This document shows, in pieces, positions 25,001-32,568 of a stretch of 42,176 nucleotides of DNA (position 1 is its first letter; each line of letters begins with the position of its first letter). Source of the DNA: Saprospiraceae bacterium (GTDB taxonomy: Bacteria; Bacteroidota; Bacteroidia; Chitinophagales; Saprospiraceae); assembly GCA_043744475.1 (NCBI GenBank), contig JAYTUR010000962.1, positions 1 to 42,176 on the forward strand, given 5' to 3'. A model generated the notes under the pieces. The model searched no databases and was not told the origin of the DNA. It saw only the letters and a program-made list of their open reading frames with translations. The position numbers were made by a program, and so were the translations under genes.

Positions 25001-25458
25001 CCTGCTATTTGTAAGAGCGAGCCATGCATCGGTTGTAACGACTTGGTAGCATCATCCGTCGTTTTAGACACTTTAGCTATTTCTGCATCTACTTTCTCAA
25101 TCTCCTGCGCAGATGCACCCACCTCTTTCAACTTCGCATTGTACTCCGCCGTACCACGTTTCAAGTTCTCCAACTCCTTCAGCAACTCGCTATGTTTCGT
25201 TTTGAGTTGATTGATTGACCCTTCAACCACAGGCGTAACCGCTTTGAAAGCATTGGCGTACTCCCTCAAAGCATTCTTTTGGTCAACAATGATGGTTTCC
25301 ACTTTCCGAAATCGCTCCGCCTTTTGTGCAAAGTCTTCCGTGCCTAATGTAGCCCTCCGCAGTTCTGCATTCAGGCGAGCTGCCTCCGCGGTGAGTCCTT
25401 TGAGCGTGTTATCAACTTCCTTTCCGTTTATGTATATCGTTGCGGTACTTTGAGCCAT
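22012..25458 (-). CDS. Tail tape measure protein (1148 aa)
   Basis: Long coiled-coil protein with a TMP-core-like segment GGELKQFTEAGVPLIAALAAQFKVSEAEIFKMSETGKIGFKDVEKAI. The track's TTG start at 25569 would span a terminator and promoter; ATG 25456..25458 (MAQSTATIYINGKEV) is preferred. Confidence 0.9.
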   Translation of the reverse strand: MAQSTATIYINGKEVDNTLKGLTAEAARLNAELRRATLGTEDFAQKAERFRKVETIIVDQKNALREYANAFKAVTPVVEGSINQLKTKHSELLKELENLKRGTAEYNAKLKEVGASAQEIEKVDAEIAKVSKTTDDATKSLQPMHGSLLQIAGVAAAAFAAQKVLEFGMAGIKAASDFEQAQIAFETMIGSSEKAGLLIQKIVELAAKTPFEQSELIDYSKRLLAMGIETEKIIPTMESLGNIAAGVGKEKLPQLVLAFGQVATKTKLAGGELKQFTEAGVPLIAALAAQFKVSEAEIFKMSETGKIGFKDVEKAIFAMSQEGGKFFNLMEKQSKTVDGLFSTLKDNIQIFSKNVFSSVANGLKPVLGFAIDFFDKFNKGFDSLTPRMDSMLKATEKERTELSVLVENVTKYEIGSQKRKAIIDQIVAIQPKFLAGLDKEKVTNEQLRDRLQEVNQQYLAKILAINAGKEVEASLTRQKNIVDKQAIAQLSYVDAIVKTRQVLNDSKSSATELAAKLRATFQNGSFYSKIFDGEAGQARDLLRVIESKRIASESYTEALGRESKVTNTAKLKQQQLLEELKKSFPQLAAQFDAIAAAAEKTDKVLDKGKPKVEGGVVDDKAKKELEKEQDKLLKLKEMLVQYQNDIDQMNATRDQSEAIKIKEKYDKQIEIAKELLLSKDPENRKEATRILKELQNKTNLEILAMLNKHNRELEEKIRKHEDEITATKLGEQEKRLNAIRESYKKELDAAKELEESGIPEIVAKGAAARIRLEKAMNAELQAETNKFNAEKVKKIAEDQAKEYADTEKFKQDMLKLNQDYEAILRDIEKPVIAIKPGSKEELEKTKADIKAKAEIDIQELQIKVDKEKAILGDDVEKKAKLEQALADKKKAIRIKADVDALKAEREFVNKSIAHYQDLANAIGNAFSALGDIIGNETAEAAALQKVAALAKIAVDTAQAISGVVAAAASTSITPIDLAIKVATGVAVVLANIATAKKILNDAPSVKQKKDGGYHVRGEDDGRVYDAQYIGSPRTGMLPSSPSLVLASEAGPEYFVSNAALTRPDVAWHVRMIDNIVSSGGVKQRKEGGYGGSSDAVEVKQVTSDTQLVAVLSELIRVLENGIDAKVSIGYAIVKEITEAQKRIQTIKG

Positions 25459-25481
25459 GTCTTTGTGTTTAAATTTTTGCT

Positions 25482-25518
25482 CAAAGTTCGACAGACACCA
25501 CCCCCTCAGTATGGACAT
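25482..25518 (-). promoter_or_regulatory. Late promoter-like module M5 (upstream of tape measure)
   Basis: Minus strand ATGTCCATACTGAGGGGGTGGTGTCTGTCGAACTTTG. Same 36-nt GTCC-to-TTTG frame, but the 11-mer is inverted and shifted 5 nt. Confidence 0.5.
25501..25511 (-). repeat. Dispersed motif TACTGAGGGGG
   Basis: Exact 11-mer inside module M5. Confidence 0.95.
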
Positions 25519-25549
25519 AAAAAAAGCCACACCGATTATCGGTATGGCT
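25519..25549 (-). terminator. Terminator preceding M5
   Basis: AGCCACACCGAT / ATCGGTATGGCT stem (one mismatch), then U7-8 on the minus strand. Confidence 0.7.
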
Positions 25550-25576
25550 TCATATAGTTTCAATGACAAAAATAAG

Positions 25577-25843
25577 TTATGCTACCGAGGGGGTCGCAGA
25601 TAAGGTATCTAATTTTGATAAAAGCCAGTGGTATTGTCTTTGCAGTTGAAAAGGAATGGTGTCACACGTCTCATGGGTTTCGGCTTTCTGCCACGCGTAA
25701 TCCAGAACATGAAAAGTAAAGTCGTCAAAATCTACTTCGGTAAGAAAATCCTCCACCGCCGACAAAATAATCTCTTTTTGGTCAGCATTGAGTTTGGAAA
25801 AATCGTAGCGTTCGCCACACATTAGAAATGGGTTCTTTTTCAT
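25577..25843 (-). CDS. Small hypothetical protein (88 aa) downstream of structured-RNA cassette B
   Basis: ATG ORF ending TPSVA* over a one-mismatch motif copy (TACCGAGGGGG, 25583..25593). Confidence 0.5.
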   Translation of the reverse strand: MKKNPFLMCGERYDFSKLNADQKEIILSAVEDFLTEVDFDDFTFHVLDYAWQKAETHETCDTIPFQLQRQYHWLLSKLDTLSATPSVA

Positions 25844-25888
25844 CTTAGGTTTGCAATTTAGATGATTAAAAATAGGATTTTAGAAATG

Positions 25889-25971
25889 CAAAAAGGCGCG
25901 TATGCCATTCCGCTGCAAACCACCTACAAGTAGGTATGCGTTTCCAAAACGCTCGGAATGACACACGCGCC
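25889..25971 (-). terminator. Intrinsic terminator ending RNA B
   Basis: 18-bp stem 25954..25971 / 25895..25912. Its two non-Watson-Crick positions are G-U in the minus-strand RNA (A-C on the other strand). Followed by U5. Confidence 0.7.
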
Positions 25972-26058
25972 TCCTTTTATAGAAACTGTATGTACTGGAT
26001 AGGCATAAAAAAAGCCTACTTCTTCAAGTAAGCTATTGCCTACTTGTATGTGGTTTGC
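25889..26058 (-). ncRNA. Candidate ~170-nt structured RNA / attenuator leader B
   Basis: The 5' segment 26039..26058 pairs 19/20 with 25915..25934, which lies inside the terminator loop. Confidence 0.45.
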
Positions 26059-26095
26059 ACGACAAAGATAGAAATAATCATGCCACAAAAACAAG
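26059..26095 (-). promoter_or_regulatory. Twin promoter, copy B
   Basis: 37/37 identical to 14421..14457. Similarity (~75%) continues into the upstream terminator. Confidence 0.6.
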
Positions 26096-26108
26096 AGTTT
26101 TTAAAAAT

Positions 26109-26141
26109 AAAAAAAACGCCCCCTCAGTAATGAGGTAGGCG
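26109..26141 (-). terminator. Terminator after the KilA-N gene, containing a dispersed-motif copy
   Basis: Hairpin CGCC-CCCTCA-GTAA-TGAGG-TAGGCG (26117..26141), then U8 on the minus strand (26109..26116). Confidence 0.75.
26119..26129 (-). repeat. Dispersed motif TACTGAGGGGG
   Basis: Exact 11-mer forming an arm of the terminator at 26117..26141. Confidence 0.95.
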
Positions 26142-26196
26142 TTCATGCTTTCAGTAACTTTTTAACCACCGTCTGAATAGACGGTGGTTAAATTTA

Positions 26197-26736
26197 TCAA
26201 TTATCCTCCATAGGCGTTTTGAATATATCCATTTGATTGCGATTGAACTTTGAACGTCCATAAGCTGCCTGTCTTTTTTCAAGTTCCAATTGTTCCAAAA
26301 CATTGTAGCGTGGGTCAGAGGTTCGGAGTTCCTCTCTCAATGCTTCAATTTTAGTTTCCCTTTCTGCCGATTCTTTTAAGTTCTTTTTGAGTTGGTTAAA
26401 TTCACCAAAAATGATTTTGTCAATAGTCGAATACACCCATAGTTCAAAAGCAGGATTGAGCCAAGCAGCAAACTTGAGGGCTAAGACTCGGTGCATCCAA
26501 GTACCTTCTTGTTGTTTAGATGTTACCAAATCTTCTTCAAATTTAATGTTTAAATTAGGAGAATTCTCCTTTTTTAAACACTCTTCAATAAAGGATTTTG
26601 TACTATCAAGTATCAAAAAATCCTTTGGAAATTTACCATAAACCTTCGCCATTTGCGTCGCATTGACTTTAAGGTTTTCATTGTTGAACTCGAATGTAAT
26701 TAAGTTCTCATTGAATTTAAAAGTTACTTCTGTCAT
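26197..26736 (-). CDS. KilA-N domain protein with a C-terminal coiled coil
   Basis: ATQMAKVYGK...EGTWMHRVLALKFAAWLNPAFELWVYSTIDKI. A low-GC island inside the virion module. Confidence 0.8.
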   Translation of the reverse strand: MTEVTFKFNENLITFEFNNENLKVNATQMAKVYGKFPKDFLILDSTKSFIEECLKKENSPNLNIKFEEDLVTSKQQEGTWMHRVLALKFAAWLNPAFELWVYSTIDKIIFGEFNQLKKNLKESAERETKIEALREELRTSDPRYNVLEQLELEKRQAAYGRSKFNRNQMDIFKTPMEDN

Positions 26737-26865
26737 TGTTCTAAAAATTTATATTGTAAATGAAAAGCAATATCGCTTTCAGGCACAAACATATTATAAT
26801 TAATTTTAATAAACAAATTATTTATAATATTTTTAAATAAAATGTTTAAAATATTTTCTGGACAT

Positions 26866-26895
26866 AAAAAAAGCGACCCCTCCGTAAGGCATCGC
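26866..26895 (-). terminator. Weaker terminator-like hairpin after the gp10-like gene
   Basis: GCGACC..GG..TCGC with a one-mismatch motif copy in the loop. U7 on the minus strand, then GTCC. Confidence 0.45.
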
Positions 26896-26921
26896 TTCTA
26901 ACTATCAATTTTCATCAATCA

Positions 26922-27344
26922 TTAATTTCTCGTTGCAAATCTGACAATCGAATCCGCCAAACCCTGCGCCAACAAACCCGCCAACACAGGCAAACGCTCC
27001 GCAATCGTTTCATTGATAAACGGTTGCGCCGACCGATTCCCTTGATTCATCTTGCCCAAACTTGCGGGGTTTGTCCGTTTCTTTTCGCCGTTTTTGTTGT
27101 ACCACGTTGAGCCTTTCGAGCCACCATGCCCCCGACTTGCCCCTTTGTCCACCCATGCCACATACCGTTCAAAATTAAACGAAATGGCGTATGGCTCTTG
27201 CTGTCGCAACTTCACACGCCCCTTGAAGCTGCGTGCGCCTGCGCCTGTCAACTGTGGCATCCGTGCTTTCAGCATCTCCTTTGTGTCGCCCGTCCAATCT
27301 TTCAGCGTTTGGATGGCTTCTTCGAGGGGTGTATTGTCAATCAT
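26922..27344 (-). CDS. HK97 gp10-like tail/head-completion protein (tentative)
   Basis: 140 aa. Pattern ...MPQLTGAGARSFKGRV... and size/position resemble the gp10 family. Judged by eye only. Confidence 0.5.
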   Translation of the reverse strand: MIDNTPLEEAIQTLKDWTGDTKEMLKARMPQLTGAGARSFKGRVKLRQQEPYAISFNFERYVAWVDKGASRGHGGSKGSTWYNKNGEKKRTNPASLGKMNQGNRSAQPFINETIAERLPVLAGLLAQGLADSIVRFATRN

Positions 27345-27361
27345 TTCCTTATATTTATATC

Positions 27362-27547
27362 ATGAAATCAAAAATCAAACAACTCATTACCTGGTACCAA
27401 GAAAACCGGGAAGCCAATCGCCTATACGCCGCGGAAAATCCGTACAAACACCGCACTCACCCGCGCATCCAAGCCACCAACACAGCCCTAAAATGGTTAT
27501 ACAAACAACTAAGCCGCTTTCTTCGCTTTCTTTTCCGTCACCTCTGA
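27362..27547 (+). CDS. Candidate antisense-oriented small basic protein (61 aa)
   Basis: MKSKIKQLITWYQENREANRLYAAENPYKHRTHPRIQATNTALKWLYKQLSRFLRFLFRHL. It fills a coding-like (GC-rich) 164-nt gap between minus-strand genes. TATATTTA lies 4 nt upstream of the ATG. Confidence 0.3.
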   Translation: MKSKIKQLITWYQENREANRLYAAENPYKHRTHPRIQATNTALKWLYKQLSRFLRFLFRHL

Positions 27548-28459
27548 CTTCGTTTCGAGGTACGAGAGCGTGATAAAAATATCCTGATAGTTCGACGATT
27601 CAATCGCCTTGCGCGCCAACACATCGCCTTTCGACATCTCAATCGCCACACCTGCCCAACTGTACACCGCCAAACGGCGCATCAAAGCATCCGATGTTCC
27701 GTTTTTGAACACTTGCGGATTTTGCTTGATGATTTGCTCTCGACAACTCACAATCCAAAACCACAAAAGCCGCTTCACTTGTCCAGGCACGGTTTCCCAC
27801 AATTTCGCGCGGTATTCAATCACCTCGTCCGATTGTTCCAACGCCGTGCGACGGTCGCCGTCAAAACCCGTTGCGCGGTTCGCCGCATCATTTGGCTTCG
27901 ATGGACGAAACACCACCGCCAAAGCCCGATGAATGTGTTTTTCATCGCCATTCATCCCGTATCGGTCAAAACAAGTGAACACATCCGCCATTTCAGAATA
28001 TGACATATTCGCCAATCCATCCGCCGCCGCATAGAGTTTCACCTCTTTCGGCTCTTTGCCTTTGCGCTTTTTCGTCAAAATTACTTTTGGATAAGGGCAA
28101 ACCGTCATGGTCGGCGATATGGCAAACTTTTCGGTGCCATCATCATTTAGCGTTTTTGTAAACAAAAAATCCGTCACCGTTTCCGTCACCGCTTTCAAGT
28201 CCAAAGCCCACATCTCGTTATCCGCTTCCGATTCTCGCCAATATTGCAAAAAAGTATCGTCCATTTCTGCCAAAAATTGCATGAGTGCAATCCTTTTTTG
28301 AATGAAACTCGCCGCATTAAGCGACATCAACACATCGTTGCACACGAGTTTTTGTTTCAACGTCAGGTCATTCCACGATTTAGGCGTCAAAAAAGTACGC
28401 CCCAAAATCTGTATCACATTCTGATTAAAATCTTGATTATCTATGTTCATAAAATACAT
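27509..28459 (-). CDS. Hypothetical virion-module protein (316 aa)
   Basis: ATG ORF, tightly packed with the upstream gene (4-nt gap). Confidence 0.6.
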   Translation of the reverse strand: MYFMNIDNQDFNQNVIQILGRTFLTPKSWNDLTLKQKLVCNDVLMSLNAASFIQKRIALMQFLAEMDDTFLQYWRESEADNEMWALDLKAVTETVTDFLFTKTLNDDGTEKFAISPTMTVCPYPKVILTKKRKGKEPKEVKLYAAADGLANMSYSEMADVFTCFDRYGMNGDEKHIHRALAVVFRPSKPNDAANRATGFDGDRRTALEQSDEVIEYRAKLWETVPGQVKRLLWFWIVSCREQIIKQNPQVFKNGTSDALMRRLAVYSWAGVAIEMSKGDVLARKAIESSNYQDIFITLSYLETKSEVTEKKAKKAA

Positions 28460-28463
28460 TTTT

Positions 28464-30278
28464 CTATTTCACCAAAAAAACAACTTTCACAGCAACCCGT
28501 CCGTTCACTTTTTCCGTCACTTCCATTGTTTTTATCGCCGCCACGATGGACCCATTGGGCGTTTCGATGCGGCGCAAAGCGTTTTTCCATTCTAATGTTT
28601 TCCTAATCTCTGTCGTCGTCAGCTCAAAATTAGCTGAAAATGACCAACCTTTTGCCCGATATTCTGCCGATTCTCGCCAATATTGCGCCAACAAACCCAC
28701 AGGCTCTAAACTCAATGTCCCGAAATCCGCCGAGCTCGCCGTTGGCAAATAACCGCGATTCACAACATCTTCCTGCACGGGTCGCTCAAATATAAAGCGC
28801 AAATGTCCCACGGCTTCACTGCGCACCCTTTCCGAAAAACAGCCGCGTTTTGCACCCGCGATAAGCCGCTCTGGCAACGTCCCCGTTTCCAACTCAATCA
28901 CCTCAAAACCTTCACCTTCGATGTGTGAAGCCAAAGCGGAGGAGGTCGCTTTGTCGTCATCTTTATTGGCGTATCGAAATGTAAATCCCCGATTCCGCTT
29001 ATAGCCACGCTCCTCCGTTTTTGGTACAATATATGGTGTCCAATCGTTTGCTGTTTGCCCCCTCAGTAATTTGTCTTTTGGTTTAAACACCAACCTTTCA
29101 TCGTCAATTTGCCAACAGAGGTTGAACGTATTACAAAATGCAGACAAAAACTCCGCTGCCGACATGTCGGGCAAATGGTTTTTCAAAGCAATTTGCCCGG
29201 CATACGCATTCGTGTATTTTAGTTCCGAAAATTCATAAGCCGGCAACACATCGTCCAACGACCGATTATTTTCAACCAACAGCGTCATTAATTCATCCCA
29301 TCCCGACACCGCGCCGCCTTGCAAAGCCGTCACGCCCATCGCTTCGGCGATTTTGAGCAGAACAAACGGCACGCGCACGAACGGCACAAAAGTATATTTC
29401 CACGCATCTTCCAGTGATTTTTCAAAACCCGAAAAATCTTCCGTCGACTTAAAACCCACATCCCAAACATCGTCGAGGGTGCGATACTCCGCAAAATTGA
29501 TAAGCCCGGACCACGCCGCATTTTTCCCTTCGTACAGATTCGTATTTTGCATCAAAGCAAAGGACATATCCGCGCGCGGCGTAACCAAAACCGTTTGAAC
29601 GAAATTCAAAAAATTAGCCCGTTGTGCACCAGGTTTGGTTATCGAATTTGAAGTCAACGTAATCCCATTATACGTAGGCGTATAATTTATGATTTTGTAA
29701 GCATGTCCATCCGCCATCGGCGACAACGTCACCAAATAAGCCCCGTCCGATACCGCCACGGTTTCGCCCAATGCAATATTCACTGCACTGGCGAAAGAAT
29801 TGGCGTTGTCGGTCGCAAAAGGATGTCCATCAATATCCATTGAATACCCCGTCGCCAAGCTAATCGGGCGAAATTGAAAGTACCATCTATTCAGCACCGT
29901 TTGCGGTATCGCCACCGTCGGCATTAGGTTTTGAATTTTGATTTGCGCCAAACTTTTGAGGTTCGCCCGACTTTTGTTCTCAAAATGCCCGTCAAAAAAA
30001 CCATCTGGCGCACCTTCAACTCGGTATAAACCCGTCGCTATATCTTGACTTTCCACCTTCACCGTTGCCGCAATCTCATCCGTCACGTCCAAACTGTCGA
30101 GACGTTGTTTGTTTTTCAACAACAACAACAAGTCAGGCGTTTGCGGCAACCGAAACGGCAACGAATAGCCCCGCTCCGAGCTGTCATCATCAAAAGCAGG
30201 ACAAACGAAGTTCAGCGCAATACTCGATGCAGGGTCGAGGTCAACGGACGTGTCGGATATATAGAGTTCAAAAGCCAT
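28464..30278 (-). CDS. Putative virion structural protein (604 aa)
   Basis: The track start at 30284 is TTG. ATG 30276..30278 gives MAFELYISDTSVDLDP..., an N-terminus typical of tail/baseplate-type proteins (my impression only). Confidence 0.6.
   Translation of the reverse strand: MAFELYISDTSVDLDPASSIALNFVCPAFDDDSSERGYSLPFRLPQTPDLLLLLKNKQRLDSLDVTDEIAATVKVESQDIATGLYRVEGAPDGFFDGHFENKSRANLKSLAQIKIQNLMPTVAIPQTVLNRWYFQFRPISLATGYSMDIDGHPFATDNANSFASAVNIALGETVAVSDGAYLVTLSPMADGHAYKIINYTPTYNGITLTSNSITKPGAQRANFLNFVQTVLVTPRADMSFALMQNTNLYEGKNAAWSGLINFAEYRTLDDVWDVGFKSTEDFSGFEKSLEDAWKYTFVPFVRVPFVLLKIAEAMGVTALQGGAVSGWDELMTLLVENNRSLDDVLPAYEFSELKYTNAYAGQIALKNHLPDMSAAEFLSAFCNTFNLCWQIDDERLVFKPKDKLLRGQTANDWTPYIVPKTEERGYKRNRGFTFRYANKDDDKATSSALASHIEGEGFEVIELETGTLPERLIAGAKRGCFSERVRSEAVGHLRFIFERPVQEDVVNRGYLPTASSADFGTLSLEPVGLLAQYWRESAEYRAKGWSFSANFELTTTEIRKTLEWKNALRRIETPNGSIVAAIKTMEVTEKVNGRVAVKVVFLVK
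29058..29068 (-). repeat. Dispersed motif TACTGAGGGGG
   Basis: Exact 11-mer in CDS 28464..30278 (KLLRGQ). Confidence 0.95.
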
Positions 30279-30415
30279 ATTCAAAAGTTAATAAAACGAA
30301 CATTTTCTTTACCGTTTCTATTAAGCCCATTTTCAAGTAAAATAAAAGTTTTTTAAGGTAAAACAAATAGGTAAAGAAATCAAAATAAAAAATTAAAGTC
30401 GTCAGACGGTTTTCT

Positions 30416-32002
30416 TTACCATTTCAACCACAAATCGGTCGTCGGCGCGCCATACTCCAATTGCGGCACCGCTTTTATTTCCAACGCCCACAAATCTTGT
30501 TTCCCATCGTCGAGCGTGAATTTCGTATCTGTAATCCGCACAGGGATATACCCCTCAGTAAGTGAGACCTCAAACACAAAACGACTTGCAACCAAGTTCT
30601 CCAAAGCGCGGCATTCCTCTTGCGACAAATAACCTGTCCGGTATGAAAACGACCTACGCCACTTTTTTTCAGCTTCAAAGGTTTCAATCACATCATCTTT
30701 GTAACGGATTGATTCACGTCGTTCTAATTCAACACCCATCGCCGTCGCGCCCGTCAAACGGACCGATTCAAAAACACCGTATTGGTTCAAAAACATCAAA
30801 TACCGTTCATCTTCTCGATACCGACGGTCTATCGTATATCGCCGCCAACCGCTTACAGGCGTATTGGTTTGGTCTAACAATCGAATTTCCACCGCCGCTG
30901 CATTGTCTGGGTAATCATGCGACTTCAAAGCAGGTATCATCAGCGTCTCATTCGGCGAGGCATAGAGAGAAATTACACTGTTAATTCCTGTCGTGTCCGA
31001 ACCATCGGTATTGAGCCACACTTTCCATTCCACCTTCAGGGATTGAAAAACGTCTGTGTAATTGTACCACACTACAAATTCAGGACTGTTTTGCGCCACA
31101 AGACGGTCATCGGGTAGCGTGTTAAGAAAACACGTATCAATCGTGCGTGTTGCCAACCAATCGGCGCGTAAGGCAACATTGTTTGGAATGCCGCCCGTTA
31201 TCATCTTTTTTATGGCGGTCGTTGTCCAAGCCTGTTGGGTCGTCGGTGCGCCATACTTTTCCGTGTATCGAAAATAGTAACGGCGAATATGGTTCGCTCG
31301 ATGCGCCGGCACTGTCGTACAATTCGGCGGCACGAAACGAATAGCACCGACAAAAGCTGTGAGAATATTCTGGATGTTAATACGTGTCAACCCCGCCACA
31401 TTTGGGATACTTTCACCCGAAAACAGACTTTTGAACATCCCTGAACCATAATCGAGTTCCGAAAACAACTCATACACCGCCCGATAATTCGCAGGCGTGG
31501 TGTCTGGCATCGCCAAAGTGGTTATCGAGACGGTTGCCACCGAAAGGCTTACAACCGCAATCGAAAAAGTCGTTTGTGTGTCAATTGCGGTAAAAGTGAT
31601 GGTTGAGACATTCGTACCTGAATTATAACTGAAGGAAACTTTCAAAAAAGGTGATAGCGCAGGAGAACGCGCCATCCGCGCCGCCAAATCTTGATAATAT
31701 ACTTCATACGTCGGATTAGGTCGAGGCGGAGAAGGGTTAACTTGATACGTTGGAAGTTGTTGTTCCGTCGAGGGCGACGTCACGAAGTCAAACACAATAC
31801 TGTAAGTCGCACCACTTGGCTCTGTTAGGTTAATAGTAATCCTTGCACCCGCATACACATCATCATTTTCGACCAACAATAAACTTTGTTGCATCCCCAC
31901 TGCCGCAAACAACGAGCTGTCATCATGCGTGGAAAGCAATTTGAAATTCGCCACATTTTGAGCAAATATCAACGAAGCGGGTTGTCCTGTTAGTGCAATC
32001 AT
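30416..32002 (-). CDS. Putative virion structural protein (528 aa)
   Basis: ATG ORF with an ATGA overlap to the upstream gene. Confidence 0.6.
   Translation of the reverse strand: MIALTGQPASLIFAQNVANFKLLSTHDDSSLFAAVGMQQSLLLVENDDVYAGARITINLTEPSGATYSIVFDFVTSPSTEQQLPTYQVNPSPPRPNPTYEVYYQDLAARMARSPALSPFLKVSFSYNSGTNVSTITFTAIDTQTTFSIAVVSLSVATVSITTLAMPDTTPANYRAVYELFSELDYGSGMFKSLFSGESIPNVAGLTRINIQNILTAFVGAIRFVPPNCTTVPAHRANHIRRYYFRYTEKYGAPTTQQAWTTTAIKKMITGGIPNNVALRADWLATRTIDTCFLNTLPDDRLVAQNSPEFVVWYNYTDVFQSLKVEWKVWLNTDGSDTTGINSVISLYASPNETLMIPALKSHDYPDNAAAVEIRLLDQTNTPVSGWRRYTIDRRYREDERYLMFLNQYGVFESVRLTGATAMGVELERRESIRYKDDVIETFEAEKKWRRSFSYRTGYLSQEECRALENLVASRFVFEVSLTEGYIPVRITDTKFTLDDGKQDLWALEIKAVPQLEYGAPTTDLWLKW
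30551..30560 (-). repeat. Dispersed motif TACTGAGGGG
   Basis: Exact 10-mer in CDS 30416..32002 (LTEGY). Confidence 0.9.
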
Positions 32003-32556
32003 AAGTCAGTAGGTGTTGTACCGCTGTCCGTCCAAACGCAGTCGATTGGGCAATGAGGCAATATGTTTTTGTACGAAAATGTCACCAAAAAACCGACCCA
32101 TTTCTCTTCAACCACCCGTTCCGAAAACCGCGCATTCAAGTTCTCAAATCGGTCCGCTTGTCGATGAAATAAGGGATGACCCGCTTGTGAGTCCGCGACC
32201 ATGCGTTGCAATATTTGCAGGGCAATGACCTCCGTTTCTGGCAACGAATTCCACCATTCGTATTTGGCATCCGTGCGTGGGCTTGTTTTTTTCAAAATTA
32301 AGAAACCGCCGAGGTGGGTCCGTTTGGCGTTGCCGTCTTCCGCGTCTTCCGTTTCCATCGTTGGAATTACCAGGATCAAGATAAAATCAGCATCGGACTT
32401 GATACCCATCCGTGCAATGTCGAGTTCCTTAATATCTCGTTGCAACACGACATCAAAGGTTTTGCCGCCAATCGTGTCATCGTGCAACAAAAGCGGATGT
32501 TTTTGAGCAAGATATTTGAAATATCGGATGTATGTTGAGACAAAAGGTAAAGCCAT
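31999..32556 (-). CDS. Hypothetical virion-module protein (185 aa)
   Basis: ATG ORF, translationally coupled to the next gene. Confidence 0.6.
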   Translation of the reverse strand: MALPFVSTYIRYFKYLAQKHPLLLHDDTIGGKTFDVVLQRDIKELDIARMGIKSDADFILILVIPTMETEDAEDGNAKRTHLGGFLILKKTSPRTDAKYEWWNSLPETEVIALQILQRMVADSQAGHPLFHRQADRFENLNARFSERVVEEKWVGFLVTFSYKNILPHCPIDCVWTDSGTTPTDL

Positions 32557-32568
32557 TTTTAAGAATAT

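Noticed and set aside
25459-25569. N-terminal extensions of track ORFs that start at TTG: tape measure 25569, endolysin 42089, fibre-module gene 21809, and also 5013, 9450, 13937, 30284 and 39669.
   Set aside because: The extensions run through predicted terminators and promoter boxes or overlap upstream genes. In-frame ATGs further in give clean junctions, so the shorter forms were annotated.
27387-27511. An open -1 frame continuing past the stop of gene 27509..28459; possible second frameshift extension.
   Set aside because: The translation (LVVCITILGLCWWLGCAGECGVCTDF..) looks like the antisense shadow of the plus-strand ORF. I did not identify a slippery heptamer at the junction.
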